A stretch of 64,000 nt of DNA, from assembly GCA_021107455.1 (NCBI GenBank), contig JAIOSU010000212.1:5123-69122 (forward strand). The letters run 5' to 3'. The stretch's first letter is position 1. Each line of letters opens with the position of its first letter. The position numbers were made by a program, and so were the translations under genes. The notes under the pieces were generated by a model. The model was not told the origin of the DNA. It saw only the letters and a program-made list of their open reading frames with translations, and did no database searches. This stretch comes from Clostridiales bacterium (GTDB lineage Bacteria > Bacillota > Clostridia > Peptostreptococcales > Acidaminobacteraceae). This document shows positions 56,266-64,000 of this stretch, one piece after another.

Positions 56266-57486
56266 TTAAAACATCAATGCTTTTTTGTTCTTGTCTTTAT
56301 ACTGGTACATCCTGACATCTGCAATCCGTACTAAAACATCATAAACCATTGAATCATCAGGTGAAATTGCTGTACCATAACTAAAACTCATAGGAATTTT
56401 AATTCGTTGATGTTCAAGTTTTGCTGATTCAATCTTATCGATCAAACCCGTCATTTTCTCCTCAGCTTTTTGTGCATCGGTATTTCTAAAAAGAAGTGCG
56501 AATTCATCGCCTCCAATTCTGGCGAAAACATCGGACTCGCGTATGGACTCCTTGACAATTTTGGTGAACTCCATAAGGACCAAATCACCTACAGAATGTC
56601 CAAAGCGGTCATTGATGATTTTAAGATCGTTGAGGTCGCACATGACCAAAGCATAGGATTCCATATTTTCCAGTGCATAAGATCTATAGGCATTGAAAAT
56701 TTTCTCGAAATAATTACGGTTGTAAATACCTGTCAAACTGTCGTATCGAGACATATTGAGGGTTTCGTCGACGAGTTTTTTATTTTTTAGAGCAATGGCG
56801 ATTTGTGTGGAAAAGAAATGAATAAGCTGCCGGTCCACTTCATCAAATGCTCCGGAGACTTCACTATCAATATTGAGTATACCAACGATTTTACCTTCGA
56901 TGATAATTGGTGCAGACAGTGATTCTTTTGGATCTAGACCACCGGCTGCTCCAAGAGTCAGATTGGTTGAAGGATCAAGTGATTTAGAATCGTAAGCGGC
57001 GATATCCTTTATTATGATTGGCTGATCATACTGACCGCCGGCATTCATATATAAAAAGGTTTCTTCAAGTGTAAAACTGATTTTTTGAAGTTGATCCAGT
57101 GGATATCCTACGCAGGTTTTGAATTCATATCTTCCGGAAAGAGGATTGTGAATCAGAAAACTGCCTCTACTTGCTTTTTCGACCACATCGATGGCAGATT
57201 TCAGAATGAAATTGTAGTAATCTTCATTTTGATCCATATCCATGAACAAGTGACTGACTTTCAAAACCGTATCAAGCGTATGATTCTTAAAATCACTTAT
57301 TCTTTTATATTTCCTAAGCTTATCAGCTTTCACGAAGGCAAAATAAGCGCTGATCCAAAGAATCACTGCTAGAAAAATATACCCCATCAGCGAGTTTATG
57401 ATGAAGATCTGGTTGAAGAGTATTGTACTTAGAATCGCAAATAAACTTGGAATCAAAAGGGTCAGATAAAACTTGTGATTTGACAT
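56266..57486 (-). CDS. Membrane-anchored GAF-GGDEF diguanylate cyclase
   Basis: Two N-terminal TM helices, a central GAF-like region, DSLTGIYNR and RIGGDEFALLF. Confidence 0.82.
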   Translation of the reverse strand: MSNHKFYLTLLIPSLFAILSTILFNQIFIINSLMGYIFLAVILWISAYFAFVKADKLRKYKRISDFKNHTLDTVLKVSHLFMDMDQNEDYYNFILKSAIDVVEKASRGSFLIHNPLSGRYEFKTCVGYPLDQLQKISFTLEETFLYMNAGGQYDQPIIIKDIAAYDSKSLDPSTNLTLGAAGGLDPKESLSAPIIIEGKIVGILNIDSEVSGAFDEVDRQLIHFFSTQIAIALKNKKLVDETLNMSRYDSLTGIYNRNYFEKIFNAYRSYALENMESYALVMCDLNDLKIINDRFGHSVGDLVLMEFTKIVKESIRESDVFARIGGDEFALLFRNTDAQKAEEKMTGLIDKIESAKLEHQRIKIPMSFSYGTAISPDDSMVYDVLVRIADVRMYQYKDKNKKALMF

Positions 57487-57680
57487 GAGATTTCCTTTCA
57501 GGTTACAAAGTTATAATATATTGTGTGTTTTTTAAGGGTTTCTTAATAATTATGGTGTATAACTAAATTAACACATGAATAAATGATTGAATAGATATTG
57601 TATATTTAATTATACAATATTAAAGATACCAAAGAAAGTGTCCGGAATGGATTCTTTTGAATTATGTAAGGAGGCATTTT

Positions 57681-58121
57681 ATGACCCTGGATATTGCAAC
57701 TATCACTTGGGCAGTACTTATTGTAGTTTTCACGATTATCGAAGCTTTGACACTGGGACTCACTTCCATCTGGTTTGCAGTGGGCTCGCTGGCAGCACTT
57801 ATTACTGCATCATTGGGTTTTGGGTTACCAGTACAAATTATAGTATTTGTGATCGTGGCCGTCATTTTATTGGTATATACTAGACCAATAGCAAAAAAAG
57901 TGCTCAAAGTAGGTCATAATAAGACCAATATCGATGCATTGATTGGTCAGTATGGCTATGTGGTTAAAAGTATAGAGTCAAAATCCGTAGGACAAGTAAA
58001 ACTTGGTGGGCAGATATGGACAGCCAAAGGCCCAGGACAAGAAACTTTCGAAGTGGATGAAAAAGTTGAAGTACTGGCAATTGAAGGTGTAAAGTTGATC
58101 GTCAGGAAAGTGGATAAATAA
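57681..58121 (+). CDS. NfeD-family membrane protein
   Basis: Three TM helices, then an OB-fold tail GQVKLGGQIWTAKG...VEVLAIEGVKLIVRK. AAGGAGG RBS. Confidence 0.8.
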   Translation: MTLDIATITWAVLIVVFTIIEALTLGLTSIWFAVGSLAALITASLGFGLPVQIIVFVIVAVILLVYTRPIAKKVLKVGHNKTNIDALIGQYGYVVKSIESKSVGQVKLGGQIWTAKGPGQETFEVDEKVEVLAIEGVKLIVRKVDK

Positions 58122-58145
58122 ATATAATATAAATAGGAGGTTTTT

Positions 58146-59084
58146 ATGGAATTCATTATTGGAGCAGTGCTCGCCATTTTAGCGTTGTTGTTGGTTGTGC
58201 TCAACATCAAAATCGTACCACAATCCAATGCGTACGTCGTTGAACGTCTTGGAGCATATCACACCACTTGGGAAACCGGATTACATCTCAAGATTCCGCT
58301 GTTCGATAGAATAGCCAAAAAAGTTACCTTGAAAGAATTGGTTGTCGATTTTCCACCTCAACCCGTAATCACCAAAGATAACGTTACTATGAAAATCGAC
58401 ACGGTAGTGTACTATCAAATCACAGACGCAAAACTCTATACTTATGGAGTCGCTCAACCGATTGTTGCCATCGAGAATCTCACAGCGACAACTCTCAGAA
58501 ATATCATCGGTCAGCTGGAACTGGATGAGACGTTGACCTCCAGAGATTTGATCAACACCCAAATGAGAAGTATATTAGATGAAGCAACAGATCCATGGGG
58601 CATCAAAGTCAATCGTGTTGAAGTCAAAAACATACTTCCTCCGAAAGACATTCAAGAAGCAATGGAAAAACAAATGCGTGCTGAACGTGAGAGAAGAGAA
58701 TCCATACTTAGAGCTGAAGGTGAAAAAAGAGCAGCCATCTTAACGGCTGAAGGTCGTAAAGAAGCGGTGATCCTGGATGCTGAAGCGGATAAACGTTCTG
58801 CAATCTTAAGAGCCGAAGCGAAGAAAGAAGCACAAATCAGAGAGGCTGAAGGTGAAGCTGAAGCTATCCTTAAAGTTCAACAAGCGACAGCACATGGTCT
58901 TGAAATGATCAAGAAAGCTGACGCAAATCAAGCGGTCTTGACAATCAAAAGTTTTGAAGCACTCGTAAAAGTTGCAAATGGCAACGCGACCAAGATGATT
59001 ATTCCATCAGATCTTGGAAGTGTAGCAAATTTGGTGGCTAGTATTTCTGAAGTTTCTGGATTCAGCAAAGAAAAAACTGAATAA
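58146..59084 (+). CDS. SPFH/Band 7 (stomatin-like) protein
   Basis: IKIVPQSNAYVVERLGAY...ITKDNVTMKIDTVVYYQITD...RAEGEKRAAILTAEG repeats. Confidence 0.88.
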   Translation: MEFIIGAVLAILALLLVVLNIKIVPQSNAYVVERLGAYHTTWETGLHLKIPLFDRIAKKVTLKELVVDFPPQPVITKDNVTMKIDTVVYYQITDAKLYTYGVAQPIVAIENLTATTLRNIIGQLELDETLTSRDLINTQMRSILDEATDPWGIKVNRVEVKNILPPKDIQEAMEKQMRAERERRESILRAEGEKRAAILTAEGRKEAVILDAEADKRSAILRAEAKKEAQIREAEGEAEAILKVQQATAHGLEMIKKADANQAVLTIKSFEALVKVANGNATKMIIPSDLGSVANLVASISEVSGFSKEKTE

Positions 59085-59100
59085 TTAAGATTTGAATGAG

Positions 59101-59126
59101 CCGAGGATTGATTCCTCGGCTTTTTA
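59101..59126 (+). terminator. Intrinsic terminator
   Basis: GCCGAGGA-ttgat-TCCTCGGC followed by TTTTT. Confidence 0.8.
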
Positions 59127-59261
59127 TTTTAATATAATCAATACTCTGATTAATATATTTAACTTAAAAGTTAGAAAATGGTTAGAATTATGTGTTTTAG
59201 ATTGACATTGTTTATAGGGAAGCGTATTTTATAATTATAAACAATGTGAAAGGAGTTGCGG

Positions 59262-59639
59262 ATGAGAAAAGAAGTCATCGGAAAGTGTCCTGTTTGTGAT
59301 TCGAAATTGAAAGTCGTCAAATTGAACTGCGATCGATGTAATACGACCATTGAAGGCCATTTTGAATTAGATAAGTTCACTTATCTCAGTAAGGAACAAA
59401 AGCATTTTATTGAAATATTCATCAAGAACAGGGGCAATATAAAAGAGATTGAAAGAGATCTTGGAATATCGTATCCAACAGTCAGGAGAAGCCTGGACCA
59501 AGTAATTGAAGCGCTCGGATACAGCGTGAAGGTTGAGAATGAAGATCCAAAAGTGGACAAGAAGGAAATCCTTGAAAAACTCAGTAAAGGTGAAATGAGC
59601 TCAGAAGAAGCCCTTAAGCTTCTTCGTGGTGAAGAATAG
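59262..59639 (+). CDS. DUF2089-family protein (zinc ribbon + HTH) with a C-terminal SHOCT-like helix
   Basis: CPVCDSKLKVVKLNCDRCNTTIEG...LSKEQKHFIEIFIKNRGNIKEIERDLGISYPTVRRSLD. Tail is ILEKLSKGEMSSEEALKLL. Confidence 0.7.
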   Translation: MRKEVIGKCPVCDSKLKVVKLNCDRCNTTIEGHFELDKFTYLSKEQKHFIEIFIKNRGNIKEIERDLGISYPTVRRSLDQVIEALGYSVKVENEDPKVDKKEILEKLSKGEMSSEEALKLLRGEE

Positions 59640-59648
59640 GAGGGCCAG

Positions 59649-60023
59649 ATGAAAGAAGAACAAATGAAGATCTTGAAAATGATTGAGGATGGTGTAATTA
59701 CTGCGGCGGATGGAATGAAATTGCTTGAAGCAATCAGTGATGAGCCAGAAGTTAATGAAAGTGCTAAAAATGAATCTGTGGAATGGGTACGAATAAAGGT
59801 TTCAGATCCCAAAAGAGTCAACAAAGATGTCAATATAAAGTTGCCAATGAGTCTGATCAAGATTGGAATGAAAATCGGTGAGAAATTCTCTGGGAATTTT
59901 GGAACAAATTTGGATCCAGGTGATTTTCAAAAGATTTTGGAAGCGATTAAAGAGGGTGGTGCAGGTGAGGTCATCAATATTGAAACAGATGATGGACAAA
60001 TAGTAGAAATTTCACTTGTGTAG
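59649..60023 (+). CDS. Small protein with a YvlB/LiaX-type N-terminal (SHOCT-like) helical domain
   Basis: MKILKMIEDGVITAADGMKLLEAIS, then a short beta-rich part. Confidence 0.55.
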   Translation: MKEEQMKILKMIEDGVITAADGMKLLEAISDEPEVNESAKNESVEWVRIKVSDPKRVNKDVNIKLPMSLIKIGMKIGEKFSGNFGTNLDPGDFQKILEAIKEGGAGEVINIETDDGQIVEISLV

Positions 60024-60033
60024 GAGGTGTCTA

Positions 60034-60987
60034 ATGAGCAGCAAACTTGAGATATTAAAAATGATAGAAGCCGGCAAAATTTCAGTGGAGCAAGGTCTTG
60101 AACTGATTGAAGCCCTTGAACAGACCGAAAGGATCGAAGGCGATATCAGAGATGAGTCAGAAGTATATGAAAAGGAATCCGACCGCGTAGAGCAATCTGT
60201 GATGATGAGTTTTGATGTTGCCCTGACCACATGTAAAATCAACATTGAAAGATCAAATGTTGATGATGTCACCATTGAACTGTTTGACGACAAGACAAGA
60301 GAACTGGTTGCAAAACCAGAGTGGCTGCACTTTTATGAGGAAGCACATTATATATCCATCAAAGAGACGAGGGTAACGAATCTTACAGATATATTTGATT
60401 TTTTCAAGAGTGGTACAGGCGGTCTCAGTCCAATTTTCATCAATGTCAAAGTCCCACTTGAGTACGATGTGGATAGGGGGAAATTTTCAACTGTCTCCGG
60501 TAATATTTCCTTGATAGGTCTAAGAGCAATTGATCTTGAGGCGAAAAGCGTCAGTGGTAAAATTGTGGCGACTGACCTCAAGGCAAAAGTCATTCAACTG
60601 AAGTCCACATCTGGAAATGTCATTGCAGATCATATAAAGGCTGCGCGTATTTATCTGAATTCCACATCTGGGAAAGTAAAGACTTCTGGCATTTACAATA
60701 AAGCGGAATGTAAGACCATTTCTGGCAATATAGAATTAGATGGCAGTGAAACTTTGGATGAGATCACACTCAATAGTGTATCTGGAAAAATTTCTGTTTA
60801 TGTTCCTGAACCTGAGCTTTACAATCTTTTCTTTGATTCGGTTTCGGGATCAATTGATACGAGTGGATTTGCTGTAGTGGATAAAAACATCGCAGGGAAG
60901 AAACATATTTCGATTGATAACCGTTCAGATCACAAAACCATAAAAATAGGCACCATATCGGGAAAAATACTACTGGATAAGAAGTAA
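60034..60987 (+). CDS. YvlB/LiaX-like protein: SHOCT-like N-terminus + DUF4097 beta-strand-repeat (putative adhesin) domain
   Basis: LEILKMIEAGKISVEQGLELIEAL. Repeated SGNI/SGKI/SGKV units (TVSGNISL, SVSGKIVA, STSGNVIA, STSGKVKT, TISGNIEL, SVSGKISV, SVSGSIDT, TISGKILL). Confidence 0.65.
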   Translation: MSSKLEILKMIEAGKISVEQGLELIEALEQTERIEGDIRDESEVYEKESDRVEQSVMMSFDVALTTCKINIERSNVDDVTIELFDDKTRELVAKPEWLHFYEEAHYISIKETRVTNLTDIFDFFKSGTGGLSPIFINVKVPLEYDVDRGKFSTVSGNISLIGLRAIDLEAKSVSGKIVATDLKAKVIQLKSTSGNVIADHIKAARIYLNSTSGKVKTSGIYNKAECKTISGNIELDGSETLDEITLNSVSGKISVYVPEPELYNLFFDSVSGSIDTSGFAVVDKNIAGKKHISIDNRSDHKTIKIGTISGKILLDKK

Positions 60988-61004
60988 TCAAAAGGCGGAA
61001 CCAT

Positions 61005-62651
61005 ATGAAAGACTTGCTAAACAAAAGAAAAAAGGCGTTTGCAGTGTATGTTGCCGCCTGTTTGATTCCAGTGATCACTCAAATGATGAACAACTATGTT
61101 TTTGCCAGATTGCTTGGAAGTGTCGAATCGCAAAACATGAGAGAATTTTATATAGCCATTTACATTGCAGCAAGTTTTGTGATTCTTTCCACATTGCTTT
61201 ATATCCTGTCACGATTTCTTAGAATCCGTTTCATGAGGGACACGATACTTGATATAAGGCTTCAGGCATTTGACAAAATACTGAGATACAATTTGGAAAG
61301 ATTCGGAAAGAAATCCAAAGATGTGTATGTCTCCAATTTGATCAATGATATCAATCTGTTTGAGCAGAACTTCTTTTTCAAACTCATCAACATCATTTTC
61401 AGAGGAGGCGTATATGTTGTTTCCCTCGTTGTGCTTCTGATTCTTGATCCAAGATTCGCACTGGCTATATTTGCTGTATCTGTAGTTATTTTCTTGATTT
61501 CCAAGCGTTTTGAAAAGAAAACCATAGATCTTCAAGAGGATGTTTCCGGACGAAATGAAGCGTTTACTGTCAATGTTGCAAATACATTCAATGGACTCGA
61601 GATATTGAAGCTCAATAATATTGAAGAAACCTTTCTTGATAAGACACTGAAAATGATTGATCGAGTAGAAAGTAAAAAAATGCATTACGGCATTTTCGCA
61701 GAAGGACAAAGGAGTATTACTAGACTGCTTGGAACAGGTATTTTTGTAGTCATATTGATTTATATGCTGGAACAATTGAACCAGGGACTATCCATCACAA
61801 GAATGACGTTCATGATCCAACTTGCAAATGGATGTGTTTGGCCTCTTGAGCAGGTCATGCCTATGATTAATGAACTAAAAGCCTCAGTTAAAATCTATGA
61901 TAAGATTGCCGGTAACGATGTCGGTGAAAGTACTGCGGTTGAAGGTCAATTGCCCTTCGTATTCAATGAGTGTATTGAAATCAAGAATCTTTCTTTTCAT
62001 TTTGAGGATAGAAAGGTGTTGAGTGATATCAATCTGAAGATTGAAAAGGGCAAAAAGTATCTCCTAAAAGGTTCAAGCGGATCGGGAAAATCGACACTCA
62101 TCAAGCTTTTGTCCAAAGTATACGACGATTATGAGGGAACAATTGAAATTGACGGTGTGAATTTAAAGGATATCAAAATTTCTGAGTTCAATGATAAAGT
62201 CTCATTTATTTTTCAAGATGTCTTTTTATTTGAAGACACTTTATACAACAACATTGCACTATTCAAGCCAGATTATGAAGAGCGTGTCAAAGAAGCTGTA
62301 AAAAAATCCGGTCTGAGTGATTTGGCGGAACGGAACCTGAATTTCATAAATATGGATTTGAGTGAAAATGGAAAAAATTTATCCGGTGGCCAGCGACAAA
62401 GGATTTCAATTGCTAGAGCCATAGCAAAAGATGTGGATGTGCTATTTGCGGACGAAGCCACTTCCAGTCTTGATGCTGAACTGGGGAGAAAAATTGAGGA
62501 GACGCTGCTGACAATGGAGTGTACATTGATTGCAGTCTCCCATAGAACCTATGAGGAAGTATCTGAAATGTATGACTTTGTGCTTGAACTGAAAAATGGG
62601 CATTTGACGACTTATTCGGGATTTGAGTATTTTGAGGAGGTCGTGGCCTGA
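61005..62651 (+). CDS. ABC exporter half-transporter (TMD-NBD fusion)
   Basis: N-terminal 6-TM region. GSSGSGKST Walker A, LSGGQRQRISIARA, VLFADEATSSLD. Confidence 0.85.
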   Translation: MKDLLNKRKKAFAVYVAACLIPVITQMMNNYVFARLLGSVESQNMREFYIAIYIAASFVILSTLLYILSRFLRIRFMRDTILDIRLQAFDKILRYNLERFGKKSKDVYVSNLINDINLFEQNFFFKLINIIFRGGVYVVSLVVLLILDPRFALAIFAVSVVIFLISKRFEKKTIDLQEDVSGRNEAFTVNVANTFNGLEILKLNNIEETFLDKTLKMIDRVESKKMHYGIFAEGQRSITRLLGTGIFVVILIYMLEQLNQGLSITRMTFMIQLANGCVWPLEQVMPMINELKASVKIYDKIAGNDVGESTAVEGQLPFVFNECIEIKNLSFHFEDRKVLSDINLKIEKGKKYLLKGSSGSGKSTLIKLLSKVYDDYEGTIEIDGVNLKDIKISEFNDKVSFIFQDVFLFEDTLYNNIALFKPDYEERVKEAVKKSGLSDLAERNLNFINMDLSENGKNLSGGQRQRISIARAIAKDVDVLFADEATSSLDAELGRKIEETLLTMECTLIAVSHRTYEEVSEMYDFVLELKNGHLTTYSGFEYFEEVVA

Positions 62652-64000
62652 TGAAAAAAGCATATTGGAAGGTACTGCCTTATCTTGCGGGCACAATTAT
62701 TGTTGCAATTTTTGCTCTTTCTGTCGAAGGATTACTTTCAATCAAGATGATGAAAACTATAGATGCGGCGCTTGGTGGGAACCGAGAATTACTTTTGGAT
62801 GAAGTGAAGTATCTTTTGATGATTACTCTTTTGGTATTACCATTTCAGCTTTTGTTGGTGTTTTCTAAAGCCATGTACAAAAGGAAAGCCATCACCAATT
62901 TGAAGTGGTACTATATCAACGAGGTGTTTTATCAAGACATCAGTTCATTTCATTCAGAAAACGCCGCCAATCACATCTCAGCCATGACCAATGATGTCAA
63001 TACAATTGAAAACAACTATGTTGAAGGTGTTTATGAAGTCGCATATGGAGTGGCATCTTTCCTTGTTGGGATTGCGGTCATCGCATATGTCAACCCTGTT
63101 ATACTCGTCGTCGGTGCGGGATTTGGCGTTTTGAGTGCAGTACTATCGAGTTTGCTTGGAAAACCTGTACAGAAGCATCATTCACAGCGGAGTATCCTGT
63201 TTGGCAATTATACTGTCTACATCAAAGAATTTTTAGGAGCATTTCAGATTATCAAGGCCAACAATCTGTCTTCTAAAGTAAAATCCGATTTTGAAGTGAA
63301 AAGTAAAGCCATTCAAGATAAAGGCTATGTGATCGATAAGATTTTCACTTTCATTAGCGCGCTACAAAATCTAATGATGACTTTATTGATGTTCGGTATT
63401 GTGGGCTTCTCGGTTTATATGGCCTTAAAAGGCGAAATCACGTTTGGTGGAGTGATATTGGTAGTGAACAATATGGAAAAAACCATGTTCCCACTTTCAC
63501 AAATTGGCGAGTGGATGCCCAAGATCATTTCGACCAAAGGGTTGTTTGAGAAACTTGATCAAGGATTGAAACGTGAGGAGCACAATGATGAGATTCTGGA
63601 AGTTGATGCTTTCAGAGAGTCATTCAGATTTGAATCTGTCGCTTTTGGATATGATGAAAAAAGCATATTCGAAGATGTTGATCTCGAATTCAAAAAAGGC
63701 GGCAAGTATCTTTTGGTTGGACCAAGTGGTGGGGGGAAATCCACCTTGCTTAGATTGTTCAGGAAATATGTGAAACCTAACGGTGGCAGGATGTTACTCG
63801 ATGGAAATGACATTGCACACATCAAGAAAGCTTCTTTTTACAAATTGATCTCCAATGTTGAGCAACAAGTGTTCTTGTTTGAAGATACTCTTAAAAACAA
63901 TATCGCCCTCCACAAAGAATGTACTGATGAAGCGCTTGAAAGAGCTATTCATCGAGCTGGTTTGGATGACTTTGTCCTTAATCACCCAGATGGTGTGAAC
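62651..64000 (+). CDS. ABC exporter half-transporter (TMD-NBD fusion), partial; runs off the right edge
   Basis: My own translation from ATG 62651 (TGATG overlap with the previous stop): MKKAYWKVLPYLAGTIIVAIF...GPSGGGKSTLLRLF... The frame is open to position 64000. Absent from the track because there is no stop in the window. Confidence 0.85.
   Translation, partial: MKKAYWKVLPYLAGTIIVAIFALSVEGLLSIKMMKTIDAALGGNRELLLDEVKYLLMITLLVLPFQLLLVFSKAMYKRKAITNLKWYYINEVFYQDISSFHSENAANHISAMTNDVNTIENNYVEGVYEVAYGVASFLVGIAVIAYVNPVILVVGAGFGVLSAVLSSLLGKPVQKHHSQRSILFGNYTVYIKEFLGAFQIIKANNLSSKVKSDFEVKSKAIQDKGYVIDKIFTFISALQNLMMTLLMFGIVGFSVYMALKGEITFGGVILVVNNMEKTMFPLSQIGEWMPKIISTKGLFEKLDQGLKREEHNDEILEVDAFRESFRFESVAFGYDEKSIFEDVDLEFKKGGKYLLVGPSGGGKSTLLRLFRKYVKPNGGRMLLDGNDIAHIKKASFYKLISNVEQQVFLFEDTLKNNIALHKECTDEALERAIHRAGLDDFVLNHPDGVN

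Noticed and set aside
1-64000. Many 60-190 aa antisense or out-of-frame ORFs nested in long genes (for example 4125-4568 -, 18814-19392 +, 33772-34173 -, 42633-43076 -, 59381-59860 -, 61209-61775 -).
   Set aside because: They are shadow ORFs with low-complexity or Ser/Ile-rich translations, no RBS and no recognisable motifs. They fully overlap confidently assigned genes on the other strand or frame.
1-64000. Scan for CRISPR arrays, transposases/integrases, prophage genes, rRNA/tRNA genes and classical defence systems.
   Set aside because: I found no regularly spaced direct repeats, no recombinase- or transposase-like translations, and no tRNA/rRNA-like sequences. The cad and ars modules are accessory-like, but they are not flanked by visible mobile-element signatures in this window.

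Overview
This 64 kb window looks like chromosome from a low-GC, Firmicutes/Clostridia-like anaerobe. The pointers are FabK-type fatty acid synthesis, a rubredoxin/desulfoferrodoxin/rubrerythrin set, a SigI/RsgI pair and a UGA-recoded gene. It is densely coding, and I saw no transposase, integrase, CRISPR array, rRNA or tRNA.

Gene content, left to right:
- Partial M29 aminopeptidase.
- Shikimate-pathway operon with a fused AroB-AroA protein, then aroC and aroE.
- Liv-type branched-chain amino acid ABC importer (H-M-G-F plus a lipoprotein binding protein).
- Two alpha/beta hydrolases.
- sigI-rsgI, followed by a MurJ/SpoVB-family flippase.
- Polyamine operon speD-speA-speE-speB (minus strand).
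- cadA P-type ATPase with an ArsR/SmtB repressor, then a MarR regulator.
- proBA.
- acpP-fabK-fabD-fabG-fabF-fabZ.
- A YdjI-like SPFH protein paired with a multi-zinc-ribbon membrane protein.
- arsR-acr3-arsC-yjbQ.
- A LysR regulator divergent from a Cys T-box leader that precedes cysK-cysE.
- A 4Fe-4S protein, then phzF-recU.
- A sulfur/selenium-trafficking operon (described below).
- A PerR-type oxidative stress island: NROR, rubredoxin, perR, dfx, ferritin, rubrerythrin.
- HD hydrolase, pcp, rnhA, glnA and a RocB-like M20 peptidase.
- Two tandem pepF paralogs.
- A GAF-GGDEF protein.
- nfeD-SPFH.
- A DUF2089 / LiaX-N-like / DUF4097 trio, followed by two ABC exporter half-transporters.

The most interesting locus is 40.3-43.7 kb. 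The ORF track misses a 95-codon HesB/IscA-like gene whose in-frame TGA aligns with the conserved IscA cysteine and is followed by a SECIS-like hairpin. Downstream are a glutaredoxin-like protein, an 827-aa CoA-disulfide-reductase/rhodanese/TusA/DsrE fusion, and a CsoR-family repressor that lacks the copper-ligand histidine (CstR-like).

Other points worth a second look:
- Two near-identical tandem DnaA-box pairs 12.5 kb apart.
- A 52-aa rubredoxin gene below the ORF-track cutoff.
- A helical motif repeated in three consecutive proteins of a putative envelope-stress cluster.

All protein family calls come from reading the translations and recalling family signatures. No database search was run.
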